A stretch of DNA of 63,699 bases, counting the filler, from Asterionella formosa (lineage: Eukaryota): NCBI GenBank assembly GCA_002256025.1. It is 14 parts of 14 records of this genome, joined end to end, with 100 filler letters (N's around TTAATTAATTAA, not from the genome) between each part and the next. Parts side by side here need not be neighbours in the genome. Positions count along the whole stretch, not along the records: positions 60,814 to 62,206 come from NKIB01002646.1; positions 62,307 to 63,699 come from NKIB01002647.1; 12 more parts are not named here. The stretch is one strand, 5' to 3'. Shown here in pieces: positions 60,989-63,699 of this stretch. Positions within the stretch are counted from its first letter, which is position 1; each line of letters starts with the position of its first letter. The position numbers were made by a program, and so were the translations under genes. Under the pieces are notes generated by a model that did no database searches, was not told the origin of the DNA, and was given only the letters and a program-made list of their open reading frames with translations.

Positions 60989-61154
60989 TGTTGAATATAT
61001 GAGCTTATTAATTAATCCTTATGTATAACTCATTTCCTGAACTGACATCAAAGTATAGAATGGGTGTTAGTCGAGTTCTCTCATTATTGAATTCCGATAT
61101 ATTTGACATAACCCCAACTCTATATATATCTGTATCGATGTGCAGGATTGCTCA
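60989..61154 (-). mobile_element. Putative short 3' LTR of the Gypsy element
   Basis: Purine tract GTGGGAGAG is immediately followed by TG (61154); a candidate end ...TTCAACA lies at 60989. Confidence 0.5.
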
Positions 61155-61180
61155 CTCTCCCACACTTGAGGGAAAACCTT

Positions 61181-62206
61181 TTACCTATGAAAAGGTTTGA
61201 TACGACGAATATTAATTCGTTCGGTAATATGCATAGTGCGTTGAAAAGTAACTGTACCATTGGCATGTACTTGAATAATAGTATAAGGACCTCGTCCACG
61301 ATCATCCAAAGTAGTAGGATTATCCAATAATATTAAAATCTCGTCACCCACTTTGTAATCATAAGATCGACGACGGAAATTTGCACGACGTAAACGTTCG
61401 TCAATTATCACTTGTCGACGTTGATGTATTAATTGTAAATCTGTAATCAAAGGAATATTTAATATCATATCACGTTGGAAAACCCATGCTCCTGGTGAAA
61501 TACGTAATATACTATGAATAGTAGCTCGAGCTGCATATGACGCAGCTGCAAAACATGTATCCACAATATTTTGGGCTTGAAATTCATTGATTGGAGGATG
61601 AGCCTTTAACATAACTCGTAGACTATTGCTGATAGATTGATGGAAACGTTCACAGATAGCATTTGCTTGTGGATTCTTTACTGTGGTAGTCACATCTTTG
61701 ATTCCATTCAATACTAACATGTGTAAGAAAGGAGCACCAGTAAATTCACCTCCATTGTCATGTATACAACGTTCTGGACGGGGATATCTGGCTAACCAAT
61801 CATTTTCAAATTTCATTGCAATATATTCTGATGTTTTATTGATGATACGTGAAATTTCTGCTAAATTGGTGACTGTGTCAATACAAGTTAGAGCACGAAA
61901 TTCAATCGTTTGAGCAGCCACTGTTATCTTCCATGGACCAATTAGATCTACTGCGACTTCTGACCATGGTAATAATAATGCATTCCTGGGTGGAAGTTCA
62001 CCAAAACCAGTACCAGGTAATTTTGTACGTTGACATGCTTCACATACTCTTACAATATGTTCCACTCTTGTTTTTAATATAGGGTGATAAAAATGTGTAG
62101 CAATTGTAGCATTTAATCTTGTCATACCCACATGAGCTAACATCTGATGATACCAATTAATAATAGGATCCAATAATGATGTAGGAATAGCAATACGCCA
62201 AGTATC
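61181..62206 (-). mobile_element. Ty3/Gypsy integrase (C-terminal pol), open frame, partial
   Basis: H-H-C-C zinc motif (YHQMLAH...CEAC), VDLIGPW, HDNGGEF, NPQANAICER and a GPY motif; integrase is the last pol domain. Confidence 0.92.
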
Positions 62207-62306
62207 NNNNNNNNNNNNNNNNNNNNNNNNNNNNNNNNNNNNNNNNNNNNTTAATTAATTAANNNNNNNNNNNNNNNNNNNNNNNNNNNNNNNNNNNNNN
62301 NNNNNN

Positions 62307-63699
62307 AGTACAAAAAAATCATTGCAGCATCCGTTTTCATTGACAATTCCTGCAAGGAAATCCAGGATCGCTTCTCTTCTCATGCATACTTGCTATTACA
62401 AAATCATTCTTATAGCAGTTGATTTGTTAATTTTCTCTCCCGAAATTACAAGGAGCAGAAAAACTATTTTTTGAGAGAAAAAGCACATCATCAAAGTTAG
62501 CATCAAATCATAAAGAAATCAAAAATAATGTAGATGACTGTAGAATGACTTGGCATGCAATGACTGTTAACAATAATGCAAATTTGATACTGAAGGATTT
62601 TTGAGTATTGAGACTACCAAAATGATTTAGTGAATGACTTTAAACGAAAATGCTATTTAAAGGTAGAAATGGCACAGTATGCATTCTTCAAAGCTCCTGA
62701 GTGGGATTCGGATTTCTTTCCATATTCTATTAGGTGTATAATAAAATATATCTCCTTTTAATTCATCTTAATTATCTTTATCCAATTCGACGTCTTTTAC
62801 TTTTGACAAGACAATTAGAACATATTGTTCCTTGCTCACCTGCAATTTGATAGCCTGATATGTGATTTTTTGTAAGAGATGATACATTGATGCAATTGAA
62901 TGACGATCTCACCACACACATCACACATACTGGTTGTCATCAATGTAGAATTGTATGCATCACCAACTTTCACAACTTTGGCTACTTCAATTGCTTCAGT
63001 AATGGTTCCAACTTTGGTTTGTGGAATATGATCCTTGTATGCAGGTTTAGCTGTCAATTCAAATTTAACTGTAGGTTTGATGACACTTTTTGCCTTCACT
63101 GCAGGCATCTCAGTAGCTGATGGTGAAGATGTCAAACTTTGATTAGAAATTTGCAATGCTAGAAAGTCGAAATTTGTTGTCAGATGCTGCTCAATGTTTG
63201 TTATGGTAATCATTTTCGAATTCAAGCTGGTTAAGGAATCATCTACAACTTGCAGAATAATTGTTGATGTTTTGTTTGTCTTCAAAATGAGGGCTTCAAT
63301 GCGCTTAACTTCTAGCTTGATTCTTGAAAATCTTTTGCTTTCTGCTTGAGTGAAATTGAAACGCCATTGGTTTGTGAATTTCGCTTCTAGCTGAAAAATG
63401 CCACCCTGGAAACACCCTAGATTATTATTGTGATCAAAGAAGTGTGTACCAAACCATTCATGCCAAATCGACAGGTGTCTCAAATGATTCTTATACAGTT
63501 CATACCTTGGACATCCATTTTCATTTTTCTTCATGTGAATGGCACTAACAGATGTTGACACACTTTGATCATTCAAAGATCTATTACTTTGTATTGATGA
63601 TGAGGACTATGCAGAGGATGAAAAACCGAAGGATGACAAATGATTCAAAAGAGACTGTAAGTGTTGTGGTAGAACTAAGCCATCAACTCTGTCGTTCAA
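62307..63699 (-). mobile_element. Crypton-like element copy 2 with GCR1_C-like ORF (62836-63576)
   Basis: PRYELYKNH....SIWHEWFG...GGIFQLEAKFTNQWR...ESKRFSRIK fits the GCR1_C pattern; homologous to 9109-9793. Confidence 0.62.

Noticed and set aside
62010..62020. TACCAGGTA inside the Gypsy integrase as a footprint
   Set aside because: It is in frame within the KLPG.G.G motif and explained by coding.
45765..62306. Regularly spaced TTAATTAATTAA every ~1.5 kb as a repeat array
   Set aside because: Embedded in N runs; it is a synthetic six-frame-stop linker.
9109..63699. Giant inverted repeat between 9.1-9.8 kb and 62.3-63.7 kb as ends of one element
   Set aside because: The copies are on different contigs, so their relative orientation is arbitrary.

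Overview
Eukaryotic nuclear DNA, most likely from a pennate diatom (CCCTAA telomere, short GT-AG introns, bipartite plastid presequences, diatom-type Copia and Gypsy fragments). The window is not one locus. It is 14 contigs joined by artificial N44-TTAATTAATTAA-N44 linkers in descending size order: two of ~22.8 kb, then twelve of ~1.39 kb. Contig 1 runs from a telomere through transposon relics to four genes (WW-domain protein, aldo-keto reductase, lumen protein, SelO). Contig 2 is gene-rich (Pkr1-like, bZIP, Tudor-Myb, 2OG oxygenase, lumen protein, YJU2, GH27, Prx5, amino-acid transporter). The small contigs are mostly repeats and transposon pieces. Three findings stand out. (1) A bZIP gene carries a 59-nt non-GT intron bounded by two CAG|CNG 7-nt-loop hairpins, the signature of an IRE1-spliced HAC1/XBP1/bZIP60-like mRNA. 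(2) Intergenic DNA is saturated with TA-core-TA motifs that look like nested Tc1/mariner excision footprints, with empty-versus-filled sites visible in paralogous repeats. (3) A secreted Pro/Thr-rich ORF has no stop codon and reads into the telomere as (Val-Arg)n. All family assignments come from motif recognition by eye, not database searches.
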